Position numbers and translations under genes: made by a program
Notes under the pieces: model-generated
What the model was told of the DNA's origin: nothing
Seen by the model: the letters and a program-made list of their open reading frames with translations, nothing else
Database searches by the model: none
IMG/VR virus record: IMGVR_UViG_3300022548_000001
Reading direction: 5' to 3' (one strand)
Source: an uncultured virus (IMG/VR IMGVR_UViG_3300022548_000001)
Lineage: Duplodnaviria; Heunggongvirae; Uroviricota; Caudoviricetes
Length of the DNA: 64,000 nt
In this document: positions 40,345-47,434 of the stretch, piece after piece
Layout: each line of letters begins with the position of its first letter
Numbering within the stretch: the stretch's first letter is position 1

Positions 40345-42411
40345 ATGGCGGATCTTTCAGGGCAAGGATTGACAACCCCGTCTACAGGAAGCGTCGACAA
40401 TAACATGTCGGTGACGTTTACACGAGGGTCTATCAAGTACGATAACCCGTTTCTTGATATGACGTCGACGTTTTTGCCTAAGACAATAAAAAGTCTTTTA
40501 ACGTTTATTGCGTCATTTCTTCTTGGCGACAGCCTTACTTCCCAATGTATTAATAAACTTTCAGAATATCCAATTACTGATATTATTTATGGAGATGAAG
40601 ATAATCCTTCAAATATTAAAAATGATAAAACTATTAAAAAATGGAAAAAAATATTTGAAAATATTTTGAAATTGACCAGGGTATTAAAACAAGTAGGAAT
40701 GGATTATTATGCTTATGGAAATTCTATTATTTCCATTCATTTCCCGTTCAAAAGAATGTTAACATGCCCAAAATGTAAAAATAAACATTCTGTAGAAGGG
40801 TTAAACGCCTCATTTAAAAATTTTAAATTTTATGCCAAATGCATTACTAAGGGGTGCGGGTATGAAGGAGAAATGGAGGCCGAAGACATTCCAACGAAAG
40901 AAATATCTAAGACAAATATAGTTATTTGGGATTTACTTTTTATTGATATCAAATATAATCCAATTACTGGAGAACATTTTTATTATTATACCATACCCCC
41001 TGACGTCGTATCAGCAGTACGATCGGGGGATATGGATATTATTAATTCCCTTCGCCTTGAAATCATTGACGCTGTTAATAAACGTAAACAGCTTAAATTG
41101 ATGCCTGATAACGTATATCATCTAAAGCGCCCTGGCCCTCAATATATGCTTCCATCTCAGCGCGGATGGGGAATACCAGCCGTTATGCCTGTTCTTAAAG
41201 ACCTGTTTCACGTTAAAATTCTTAAAAAAGGCAATGAAATGATTGCCTTTGATCATATTGTTCCGCTTCGAATATTGTTTCCTATGGCGAGCGGAGACGT
41301 TAGTCCGCATGCTATTATGAATCTTTCCGGGTGGAGAGCGAAAATAGAATCTGAAATTAGAAAATGGAAATCTGATCCGAATTATATTTCTATTGTTCCC
41401 CTTCCTATTGGGATGCAAAATTTTGCGGGAGACGCAAAATTACTTTTAATATCACAAGAAATAAAACTTGTTGAGGACGATATTATAACCGGAATAGGAA
41501 TGATACCGGAAATTATACGTGGCGGAGCGAGCTGGTCAGGGAGTAATGTGTCGCTGAGGGTTGTTGAAAATACTTTTATTAATCATCGAAACAATATATC
41601 TGAAATGATTGATTGGATTAAAGAGAAAATATCTTTATATTTTAATATTCCCACTATCGACATAAAAATGGCTGATTTTAAAATGGCGGATGATTTGCAG
41701 AAAAAAGAAATGATGCTTAGAGACGCGACCGGCGATCCAGCAACTTCCCTCATTTCAAGAACAACCATGCAAAAAGAGTTAGGCATTGATCCTGAACGTG
41801 AATTTAAATTAAAAGAAGCTGAGCTTAAAAAGATAATCGAAATGAAAGTTAGGGCTGCCGAAGGAGAGGCTGAAGCGGCAGGGTCTGCAATGGTTATTAA
41901 TGCTATGTTTGAGGCCGACGCCCAGCTTGCTTCCCAGAGCAAGCAGGATCAGAATAATCGTGAATATCAAATGTCCAGAGACATGGCTATGCAAAACGCT
42001 CAACAACAGAACGCTCAAGGGGTCGAGCAAGATGCTAGAAAATTAGAAAAAGAAACTGGATACAAAATGGGAACAGTATCAATACCTAATCTAATAATGA
42101 TTTTGACGTCTCGATTCGCCCGCCTTGCGGAAATGGACCCGACAGAATTCAAAATTCGGATGCTTGCAATGAAGAACAGCACCCCGTCTTTGTATCAAGA
42201 AATATATCAAAACTTGAAAGAGATGAATGTTATTGTTGCTGATACAACGCCTGATATAAAAATGGTGCAAAAATATACCCCTGGACAGATCCCCTCTGCC
42301 TCTCAAGGCGATATTTATGGGGACCAGCCCCCTGGAGAAGCAGAAGTTGGTCTTGATATAGCGGCGATCCCAGAACAAAAACCGCCGAGATCAGAGAACG
42401 CGCAAATATAG
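40345..42411 (+). CDS. Phage portal protein with an inserted Cys4 zinc-ribbon
   Basis: GMDYY.YGN.I, VYHLKR....RGWGIP..P.L and IITGIG..PE..GG.S.S...V.LR motifs typical of portals; CPKC...C..KGC insertion. Confidence 0.75.
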   Translation: MADLSGQGLTTPSTGSVDNNMSVTFTRGSIKYDNPFLDMTSTFLPKTIKSLLTFIASFLLGDSLTSQCINKLSEYPITDIIYGDEDNPSNIKNDKTIKKWKKIFENILKLTRVLKQVGMDYYAYGNSIISIHFPFKRMLTCPKCKNKHSVEGLNASFKNFKFYAKCITKGCGYEGEMEAEDIPTKEISKTNIVIWDLLFIDIKYNPITGEHFYYYTIPPDVVSAVRSGDMDIINSLRLEIIDAVNKRKQLKLMPDNVYHLKRPGPQYMLPSQRGWGIPAVMPVLKDLFHVKILKKGNEMIAFDHIVPLRILFPMASGDVSPHAIMNLSGWRAKIESEIRKWKSDPNYISIVPLPIGMQNFAGDAKLLLISQEIKLVEDDIITGIGMIPEIIRGGASWSGSNVSLRVVENTFINHRNNISEMIDWIKEKISLYFNIPTIDIKMADFKMADDLQKKEMMLRDATGDPATSLISRTTMQKELGIDPEREFKLKEAELKKIIEMKVRAAEGEAEAAGSAMVINAMFEADAQLASQSKQDQNNREYQMSRDMAMQNAQQQNAQGVEQDARKLEKETGYKMGTVSIPNLIMILTSRFARLAEMDPTEFKIRMLAMKNSTPSLYQEIYQNLKEMNVIVADTTPDIKMVQKYTPGQIPSASQGDIYGDQPPGEAEVGLDIAAIPEQKPPRSENAQI

Positions 42412-42430
42412 ACCTGTCTTTCTCATAGCT

Positions 42431-42459
42431 AAAAAAAAGCGACTTTTCAAAGTCGCTTT
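42431..42459. terminator. Bidirectional terminator at the convergence of the two gene blocks
   Basis: AAAGCGACTTT-TC-AAAGTCGCTTT with an A-run on the left. Confidence 0.7.
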
Positions 42460-42910
42460 AAAAGTGATTATAGCTATCATACGGATCATTGAAAAAATGT
42501 TGAAGATCCATTTTTGCAAGCGTTTTAATTTTTTCTTCAGGTTCAAATAATAACCTCATTTGTTCTAATTTTTCCTCGGGAACATTATGAATTGATTTAT
42601 ATTCGCCCAAACATGTAATTATATCAATATTAATTTTATATTTTTGCGAAATAACAAAATACGGAGCGCATTCGGCTAAACGAATAAAAGTATTGGATAT
42701 TATTACATTATTTCCGTTTTTAATAAAATATTCACATCTTAATGCGCAAAATCTATGGGCTAATGTTAGATCTTTAGGATTAAATTTATATACACCATTG
42801 CTGATAAACCATTCATCAGATTCAATGTGTATAAAATTATTATTTTTTACATAATTTTTTGCGTATGTAGATTTTCCAGATCCCGGCAACCCCCTCACAA
42901 GTATTATCAT
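42458..42910 (-). CDS. P-loop nucleotide/polynucleotide kinase (AAA_33-like)
   Basis: IILVRGLPGSGKST Walker A, ESD.WF, VIISNTF, SIHNVP. Confidence 0.85.
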   Translation of the reverse strand: MIILVRGLPGSGKSTYAKNYVKNNNFIHIESDEWFISNGVYKFNPKDLTLAHRFCALRCEYFIKNGNNVIISNTFIRLAECAPYFVISQKYKINIDIITCLGEYKSIHNVPEEKLEQMRLLFEPEEKIKTLAKMDLQHFFNDPYDSYNHF

Positions 42911-42933
42911 ACACCCCTCCCATTGAAATAACT

Positions 42934-42971
42934 AAAAAAAATAACGATGGCGTGGAAAATCCACGCCACCG
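42934..42971 (-). terminator. Intrinsic terminator after the GC-rich gene
   Basis: Minus strand CGGTGGCGTGGA-TTT-TCCACGCCATCG followed by TTATTTTTTTT. Confidence 0.7.
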
Positions 42972-43047
42972 ACGACTTTGGCTGGCCAGGCCGGCAGCAT
43001 GGCTCCAGCGGGTGGTTCGCTACGCCACCCCTCTCCGCCGGATACCG

Positions 43048-43389
43048 TCACTCCACCACGGTATACTCGGAGAATTCAAAGGTAGCTTTCGCTACCTCCT
43101 CATCCGAGTATTCGTGGCGATCGGTGAGCCGCGGCAGGCCGCGGACACCGATCACGATGACGGAGTCGCCCCGACCGAGCTTTACTCTCGGCGGGGTCTC
43201 CGGCACCGGCACACTGATTCCATAACGCGATTTTATCGCGTTAATGGTTGCAGTGTGTGACGGATTGCAGCATGAGCTGCAATCCCCGGCGGATATTCGC
43301 CTCACGTCTTCGACGTTGAGGGTTTTGCGTCTTATGACGCAATCCCCATCAAACATCGAATCCGCTATCGCGAATCCGATGAACTTCAT
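43048..43389 (-). CDS. DUF1874/STIV B116-like protein (AcrIII-1 ring nuclease family, putative)
   Basis: 113 aa from ATG 43389; SHTATI..I...G, RVKL..GD.VIV, RL...EE and terminal F motifs follow the family pattern as I recall it. Confidence 0.6.
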   Translation of the reverse strand: MKFIGFAIADSMFDGDCVIRRKTLNVEDVRRISAGDCSSCCNPSHTATINAIKSRYGISVPVPETPPRVKLGRGDSVIVIGVRGLPRLTDRHEYSDEEVAKATFEFSEYTVVE

Positions 43390-43392
43390 ACT

Positions 43393-43540
43393 ATATTTAT
43401 TCCATATTTTTTTAATTTCTAACGGATAAAAAAAATCGCATTTTGCTTCATTTATATAGCGCCGGCTTGGCGCTTTTTTGTACACATCTCTGTGTACAAT
43501 ATATTTATTTCATATTTTTTTAATTTCTAACAGATAAAAA
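43393..43540 (-). repeat. 40-bp direct repeat (43393-43432 and 43501-43540), probable promoter duplication
   Basis: 38/40 identical; the core AAAAT(A/C)TG(G/A)AATAAATAT also occurs at 45166-45183. Confidence 0.8.
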
Positions 43541-43550
43541 AGCCGACAAA

Positions 43551-43742
43551 CTATTTTGCCGGCTTTCTTTTAGGTTTAGAAATAATTTTTCGTCGACATG
43601 GAACATATTCATCGGTATATAATCTTCCAATATGGATACCGTCTTCAAATTTTTTCCATGTCTTTCCGTTTAAACCAAGAAATTCATCGCCAATTTGAAT
43701 ATGATCTATATTTTTTTTTAATAAACGATATTTTTTCTTCAT
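43551..43742 (-). CDS. Small basic hypothetical protein
   Basis: 63 aa, SD AGGAGG. Confidence 0.6.
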   Translation of the reverse strand: MKKKYRLLKKNIDHIQIGDEFLGLNGKTWKKFEDGIHIGRLYTDEYVPCRRKIISKPKRKPAK

Positions 43743-43754
43743 AATTTCCTCCTA

Positions 43755-44114
43755 TTATAAATTTTTAATATCATATGCTTTTGGGTTTAAACTAATTATT
43801 TTTATTCTTTTTTTATGAGCTATTTTAAGACACTTTTTACATGGATGTATTGGTATTAATTTGCCTTTTTTGTTAATCCTGCAGATTATTATGGTTCGTA
43901 CTGATGGGTGCCTGCTGATTAATATTTGCTCGGCATGAATTCCGCCGCCGTGCTTCATGAATCTGTGTTGATTGCAAGCATATGATATTATTTCTTCGCG
44001 TTTATTTATAGCAACGGCGGCGATTTTGTATCTACAATCGCTTTGCATGGCCTTTTTAATAAGCACTTTTTTTAGATAATCAAATTTTATATTAGACCAC
44101 TTAACGTATTTCAT
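43755..44114 (-). CDS. Zn-dependent cytidine/dCMP deaminase-fold protein
   Basis: HAE...PCxxC motif (IHAEQ, HPCKKC). Confidence 0.75.
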   Translation of the reverse strand: MKYVKWSNIKFDYLKKVLIKKAMQSDCRYKIAAVAINKREEIISYACNQHRFMKHGGGIHAEQILISRHPSVRTIIICRINKKGKLIPIHPCKKCLKIAHKKRIKIISLNPKAYDIKNL

Positions 44115-44129
44115 AAAAATTTTATTTTA

Positions 44130-44420
44130 TTAATCTTCCCTGAAATGCGTTGAATGTTCAATTGTTTTTATTTTAATTTGAAGATTGCGAAGTTTTTTAA
44201 TTGATTTTTCTAACGACTCTATCTTTTTATTTCTCATTTCTTCCGCCATTTTTATAGCCTCTTCTTTTGTCAAAAACCAATAAGGCTTATGATAATGAGA
44301 AGTATACGCGCCATAGGCTTTAATCATATTACCAATAATTTCAGCTTTTACTTCAATAATTCCTTCAGTAAGTGCGTATTTTGTTATGTAACATGTAGTT
44401 AGATTATTTTCATTATGCAT
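44130..44420 (-). CDS. Phage hypothetical protein
   Basis: 96 aa, YITKYALTEGI start and C-terminal coiled coil. Confidence 0.6.
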   Translation of the reverse strand: MHNENNLTTCYITKYALTEGIIEVKAEIIGNMIKAYGAYTSHYHKPYWFLTKEEAIKMAEEMRNKKIESLEKSIKKLRNLQIKIKTIEHSTHFRED

Positions 44421-44517
44421 ATATACGTGTTCCTTTCTAACAAAAAGATGCGCTGGAATTTTATCTCTTTCAATTTCTTTCTCAACTAAAAGATTGAAAA
44501 ACGAAATGTTTTGCGCA

Positions 44518-44590
44518 TGCTCACGAAGCCGTTGGCTGAAGCCTGAGCATTTTATAATGCGTCAGGCGTAAGCCAGAGGCGGAGTGAGCA
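44518..44590. other. Long imperfect hairpin with GA-rich internal loops
   Basis: TGCTCAC-GAA-GCC-GT-TGGCT-GAA-GCCTGA-GCAT-loop-ATGC-G-TCAGGC-GTA-AGCCA-GA-GGC-GGA-GTGAGCA. Confidence 0.65.
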
Positions 44591-44667
44591 GGAGTAAACA
44601 CATTTGTTTATACTTATCAAGTGCAGCTCTCGCTGAAACAGCAAGAAAAATCTTGAGAAAAAAAATA

Positions 44668-44946
44668 TTAATCAAAATTTGAGGCTATAGAAAATGCAAT
44701 AAATATCCAAGCCACATAATTGATTAACCATGGCGCAAAAGATTGAGAAATCCAAATCCCAATATCGCTTTCCGTTAGATATGAAATTGGAGCTGTTGAC
44801 GCAATAGCAACCCATTTCATCACATAATAGGATATGAGAGACAGCGATATGCCGATTAAAAGCCCCGCAAATCCAAAAGTTAACGCCAAAATCCCGCCAA
44901 CAGCTAAAGAACAAATAAAATTGATAATAAAACCAAACACTTTCAT
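44668..44946 (-). CDS. Small membrane protein (about 3 TM segments)
   Basis: 92 aa, very hydrophobic, SD AAAGGAGGAG. Confidence 0.65.
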   Translation of the reverse strand: MKVFGFIINFICSLAVGGILALTFGFAGLLIGISLSLISYYVMKWVAIASTAPISYLTESDIGIWISQSFAPWLINYVAWIFIAFSIASNFD

Positions 44947-44977
44947 AACTCCTCCTTTGCGGTTAAAATTAAAAAAA

Positions 44978-45162
44978 GAGAGCTATGGGATTCGAACCCA
45001 CTTTCTTGGCGCTCGCGTTACGCCTTGAAAGCGCCCTCCTTCATACTCTATCAGGATGTGATATTATCACATATAAGGTTTGAACTCATCACCTGCTTTG
45101 TATACGCAACGCTACATATACAGGCAGGGGCCTCCCGAGTATGAATTTACTGCGCAGCTCTC
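44978..45162 (-). ncRNA. 185-nt tRNA-mimic structured RNA of unknown class
   Basis: 7-bp terminal stem GAGAGCT/AGCTCTC stacked on the T-arm GTGGG-TTCGAAT-CCCAT; internal stems TTCATACTC/GAGTATGAA and GGCGCT/AGCGCC; followed by T7. Confidence 0.7.
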
Positions 45163-45224
45163 ATAATATTTATTCCAGATTTTCAAATATTATAACAAAA
45201 ATGTGACGGCTTTCTTTTTATAAT

Positions 45225-45261
45225 AAAAAAAGCGGCTAAATTGATTTTTCAACCAAGCCGC
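45225..45261 (-). terminator. Terminator downstream of tmRNA
   Basis: GCGGCT...AGCCGC stem followed by a T-run on the minus strand. Confidence 0.65.
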
Positions 45262-45272
45262 GTTTTATAAAT

Positions 45273-45679
45273 TGGTGGACCTGAGGGGAATCGAACCCCT
45301 GTCCTGAAATAAGAAATTCAAAAACGATATCACATGCTTTTATCGGGCTCACAGTAGAACGCCAGTATGTAGCCCGCCCCCTTTTCTGGCGCTTGGATAA
45401 TTTATTTAAGGCGCTCTAGTATCCACCTAATAACGCCCGATCCGAATGAATAAGGAAACGCCACCATCGGAGTCATGACATTTCCTTTGCGGCTTTTATT
45501 AAGCCGCGTTGAAAACCGGCTGCAGATTCGTCAATGCAGCGAACTGCATTGCAAAACGAGCGCCGATTTCAGCGCCTTTTTTATTGGCACTTATTATTTG
45601 ATCGATTTTTAACGAGGCCATCGATCAACCTCGGCATGCGTTTTCAAACCCCTCATATCAGTCGAAACCTGTCAGGCCC
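45273..45679 (-). ncRNA. ssrA: tmRNA
   Basis: 5' GGGCCTGACAGGTTTCGAC and 3' AGGGGTTCGATTCCCCTCAGGTCCACCA, with a G3:U alanine identity pair. Tag ORF 45588-45499 follows AATAAGT and ends NAA-TAA-TAA within a hairpin. Confidence 0.95.
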
Positions 45680-45695
45680 AAATACACTATTTAAC

Positions 45696-45920
45696 TTAAA
45701 TTTCTTTATTTTTAGTGATGATAGGAATTGGCCCTTTCACTTCCCAAAATATCATTTTTTTGTATTCTTTTGCAAGTGTTTTTCCGTATTCTTTATCCAT
45801 TTTTTGTTCATATTCTTTTTTTAAGTCTTTCATTTTTGCATAGGCAAATTCTTTAGATCCCAAAACGATACATTTCACTTTTTCACATCTACAAACGGCA
45901 AACGCTTTAGATTTAGACAT
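45696..45920 (-). CDS. Hypothetical protein
   Basis: 74 aa, SD AAAGGA. Confidence 0.55.
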   Translation of the reverse strand: MSKSKAFAVCRCEKVKCIVLGSKEFAYAKMKDLKKEYEQKMDKEYGKTLAKEYKKMIFWEVKGPIPIITKNKEI

Positions 45921-46043
45921 AATTGTTCCTTTTCAAAAATTATGCCGTCTAATAGATAAAATTTGATTCCCCCCAACGGGGGGAAAATTTTTTATCCAAA
46001 TTTTATAAATGTATTTTCTTATAACGGACGGCCGCGCCAATTG

Positions 46044-46103
46044 CTAACGAATTTGGGAATTTTTTTCTATACCGCACTGTTTGCCCCCTTGAAAGATATA
46101 CAT
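46044..46103 (-). CDS. Possible 19-aa peptide MYIFQGGKQCGIEKNSQIR
   Basis: AAAGGAG SD well spaced before the ATG; very short, so uncertain. Confidence 0.2.
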   Translation of the reverse strand: MYIFQGGKQCGIEKNSQIR

Positions 46104-46122
46104 AAGACTCCTTTCTATATAA

Positions 46123-46147
46123 GGCGGCGAAGAAAATCCTCGCCGCC
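46123..46147 (-). terminator. Hairpin closing the Ubl operon
   Basis: GGCGGCGA...TCGCCGCC stem 20 nt after the Ubl stop; weak T tail. Confidence 0.55.
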
Positions 46148-46167
46148 AATTTTACATGACAAAATAA

Positions 46168-46635
46168 TTAATTGCCTTTTATCTTCATGGCGCAAATCAC
46201 GCGAACAGTCCCACCCTCGCTGGATGGCGGAGGGATAATATCAGTCGACTGCTTCGTTACGCCATTAATTTGATATTGAAACGTCTCTTTCCCGTCTGGG
46301 CCGATAAATCGTCCGCGGTTAATAGAATTCATCATATCAAAGCATTGAGCTATTGTCGTCCCCTCTTCTACGGAGACGCTAATTACTTCGCCCTGTCCAA
46401 GGCGAATAAACTCTACAACATAAGGAATATTCCCTTTGACCTTGTTTCCAATAAAAACCCTGTCCCCGTCATTCAGGCGGGTATCAGGGCTAATTGCGTT
46501 GCTTGCGTTAATTGTTATTGTATTTGGCACAAATACTTCTCCCGCCTGATTAAGGAGGTTCTGAAGGGTCGGATTGTCGCTAATATCAAACGAACGAACC
46601 TCTGACCCAACCTTGATCAATTGAACGATAACCAT
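46168..46635 (-). CDS. Tandem (di-) ubiquitin-like beta-grasp protein
   Basis: Two homologous units (V.LI..G.....TL..LL..AG...ING...L.DGD.V) ending NKVKGN and MKIKGN; next to E1 and JAB genes. Confidence 0.8.
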   Translation of the reverse strand: MVIVQLIKVGSEVRSFDISDNPTLQNLLNQAGEVFVPNTITINASNAISPDTRLNDGDRVFIGNKVKGNIPYVVEFIRLGQGEVISVSVEEGTTIAQCFDMMNSINRGRFIGPDGKETFQYQINGVTKQSTDIIPPPSSEGGTVRVICAMKIKGN

Positions 46636-46660
46636 ATTTACTCCTTTTTGTTAAAATTTG

Positions 46661-47419
46661 TTAAAAAATAATTGGTTCACAGTTTGTTCCGAATTGTCGC
46701 AACATCATTGCCTCGGGGTATAATGTGAAATGAACTTCATTCCACATTTTCATTGGCCCGTCATTTCTTAATGTATCAGAGCCATAATGACAATTAAAAT
46801 GCTGAACAATACGGCCAACTGCCATTGACGCAATAAAAGTTACAGTGGAAATGATAGAGGCACTCGCGCCGCATCGAGACGTTTGCGCCTCTTCATCCTT
46901 ATACAAAGTTTTTTTCCATTCTTGCACATGAACGTAGTCGTTTGGATTGAACGCATAGATCCGACCATCTCTGAGTCCCATCCGGGTTTCTATTACAAGA
47001 TCTGTTGAAAAACTGTATTGCAGACAGTTCTCAAAGATTTCTTTTCTACTAGCCATCGTATCCGTGAGCAGAAAGATATATGTAGCTGCCACGTCGCTTC
47101 TTTGATTAGTCACCAGTTCGTTTCTGGCTTCTATTTCAAAGCCAAATTTTCTGATGATCATCTTTTTTAAGGCTTCGACTTTTGGCATGCCAACATGTTC
47201 TGGCTCATAAATTTGATTGGCTAGATTGTGAGATTCAACAATATCATTGTCGAATACTTTGAGAGTTCCACAGTCTTGTTTTGAATTGCCCCACCCCAAT
47301 TGAGCAAGATACCAAGCGACATGAGAGCCTGTCGCCCCAGCCCCAATCACAGTAACAGATTTTTTTCCGATCTGTCTCGGGTCAAGCAGATCGAGTTGCC
47401 TTAAATAGTCTATAGCCAT
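46661..47419 (-). CDS. ThiF/E1-like adenylating enzyme
   Basis: VTVIGAGATGS, FDNDIVESHNLANQ, G.PKVEAL, TD.M.SR; candidate catalytic Cys in TSRCGAS; no CxxC pairs. Confidence 0.9.
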   Translation of the reverse strand: MAIDYLRQLDLLDPRQIGKKSVTVIGAGATGSHVAWYLAQLGWGNSKQDCGTLKVFDNDIVESHNLANQIYEPEHVGMPKVEALKKMIIRKFGFEIEARNELVTNQRSDVAATYIFLLTDTMASRKEIFENCLQYSFSTDLVIETRMGLRDGRIYAFNPNDYVHVQEWKKTLYKDEEAQTSRCGASASIISTVTFIASMAVGRIVQHFNCHYGSDTLRNDGPMKMWNEVHFTLYPEAMMLRQFGTNCEPIIF

Positions 47420-47434
47420 TTAATCCTCCTCTGG

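Noticed and set aside
42985..43045. HDV-like ribozyme in the GC-rich trailer
   Set aside because: Only a superficial word match (GGCCGGC..CATGG..CCAGC). I could not build the nested double pseudoknot.
42947..43429. Plus-strand ORFs 42947-43225, 42952-43260 and 43244-43429
   Set aside because: Shadow ORFs of the GC-rich minus-strand gene and its terminator; no SD or recognisable motifs.
44978..45162. Canonical tRNA, 6S RNA or hammerhead ribozyme
   Set aside because: There is no D or anticodon arm. The length fits 6S but the fold is branched with a T-loop. The CUGANGA/GAAA hammerhead core is not properly present.
45534..45824. Plus-strand 96-aa ORF and the other short antisense or nested ORFs in the track
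   Set aside because: They overlap the tmRNA or long genes on the opposite strand or frame and lack coding-like composition.
46168..47419. ThiS/ThiF or MoaD/MoeB cofactor biosynthesis
   Set aside because: No thiamine, molybdopterin or tRNA-thiolation genes nearby, no GG terminus, and E2-like partners are present.
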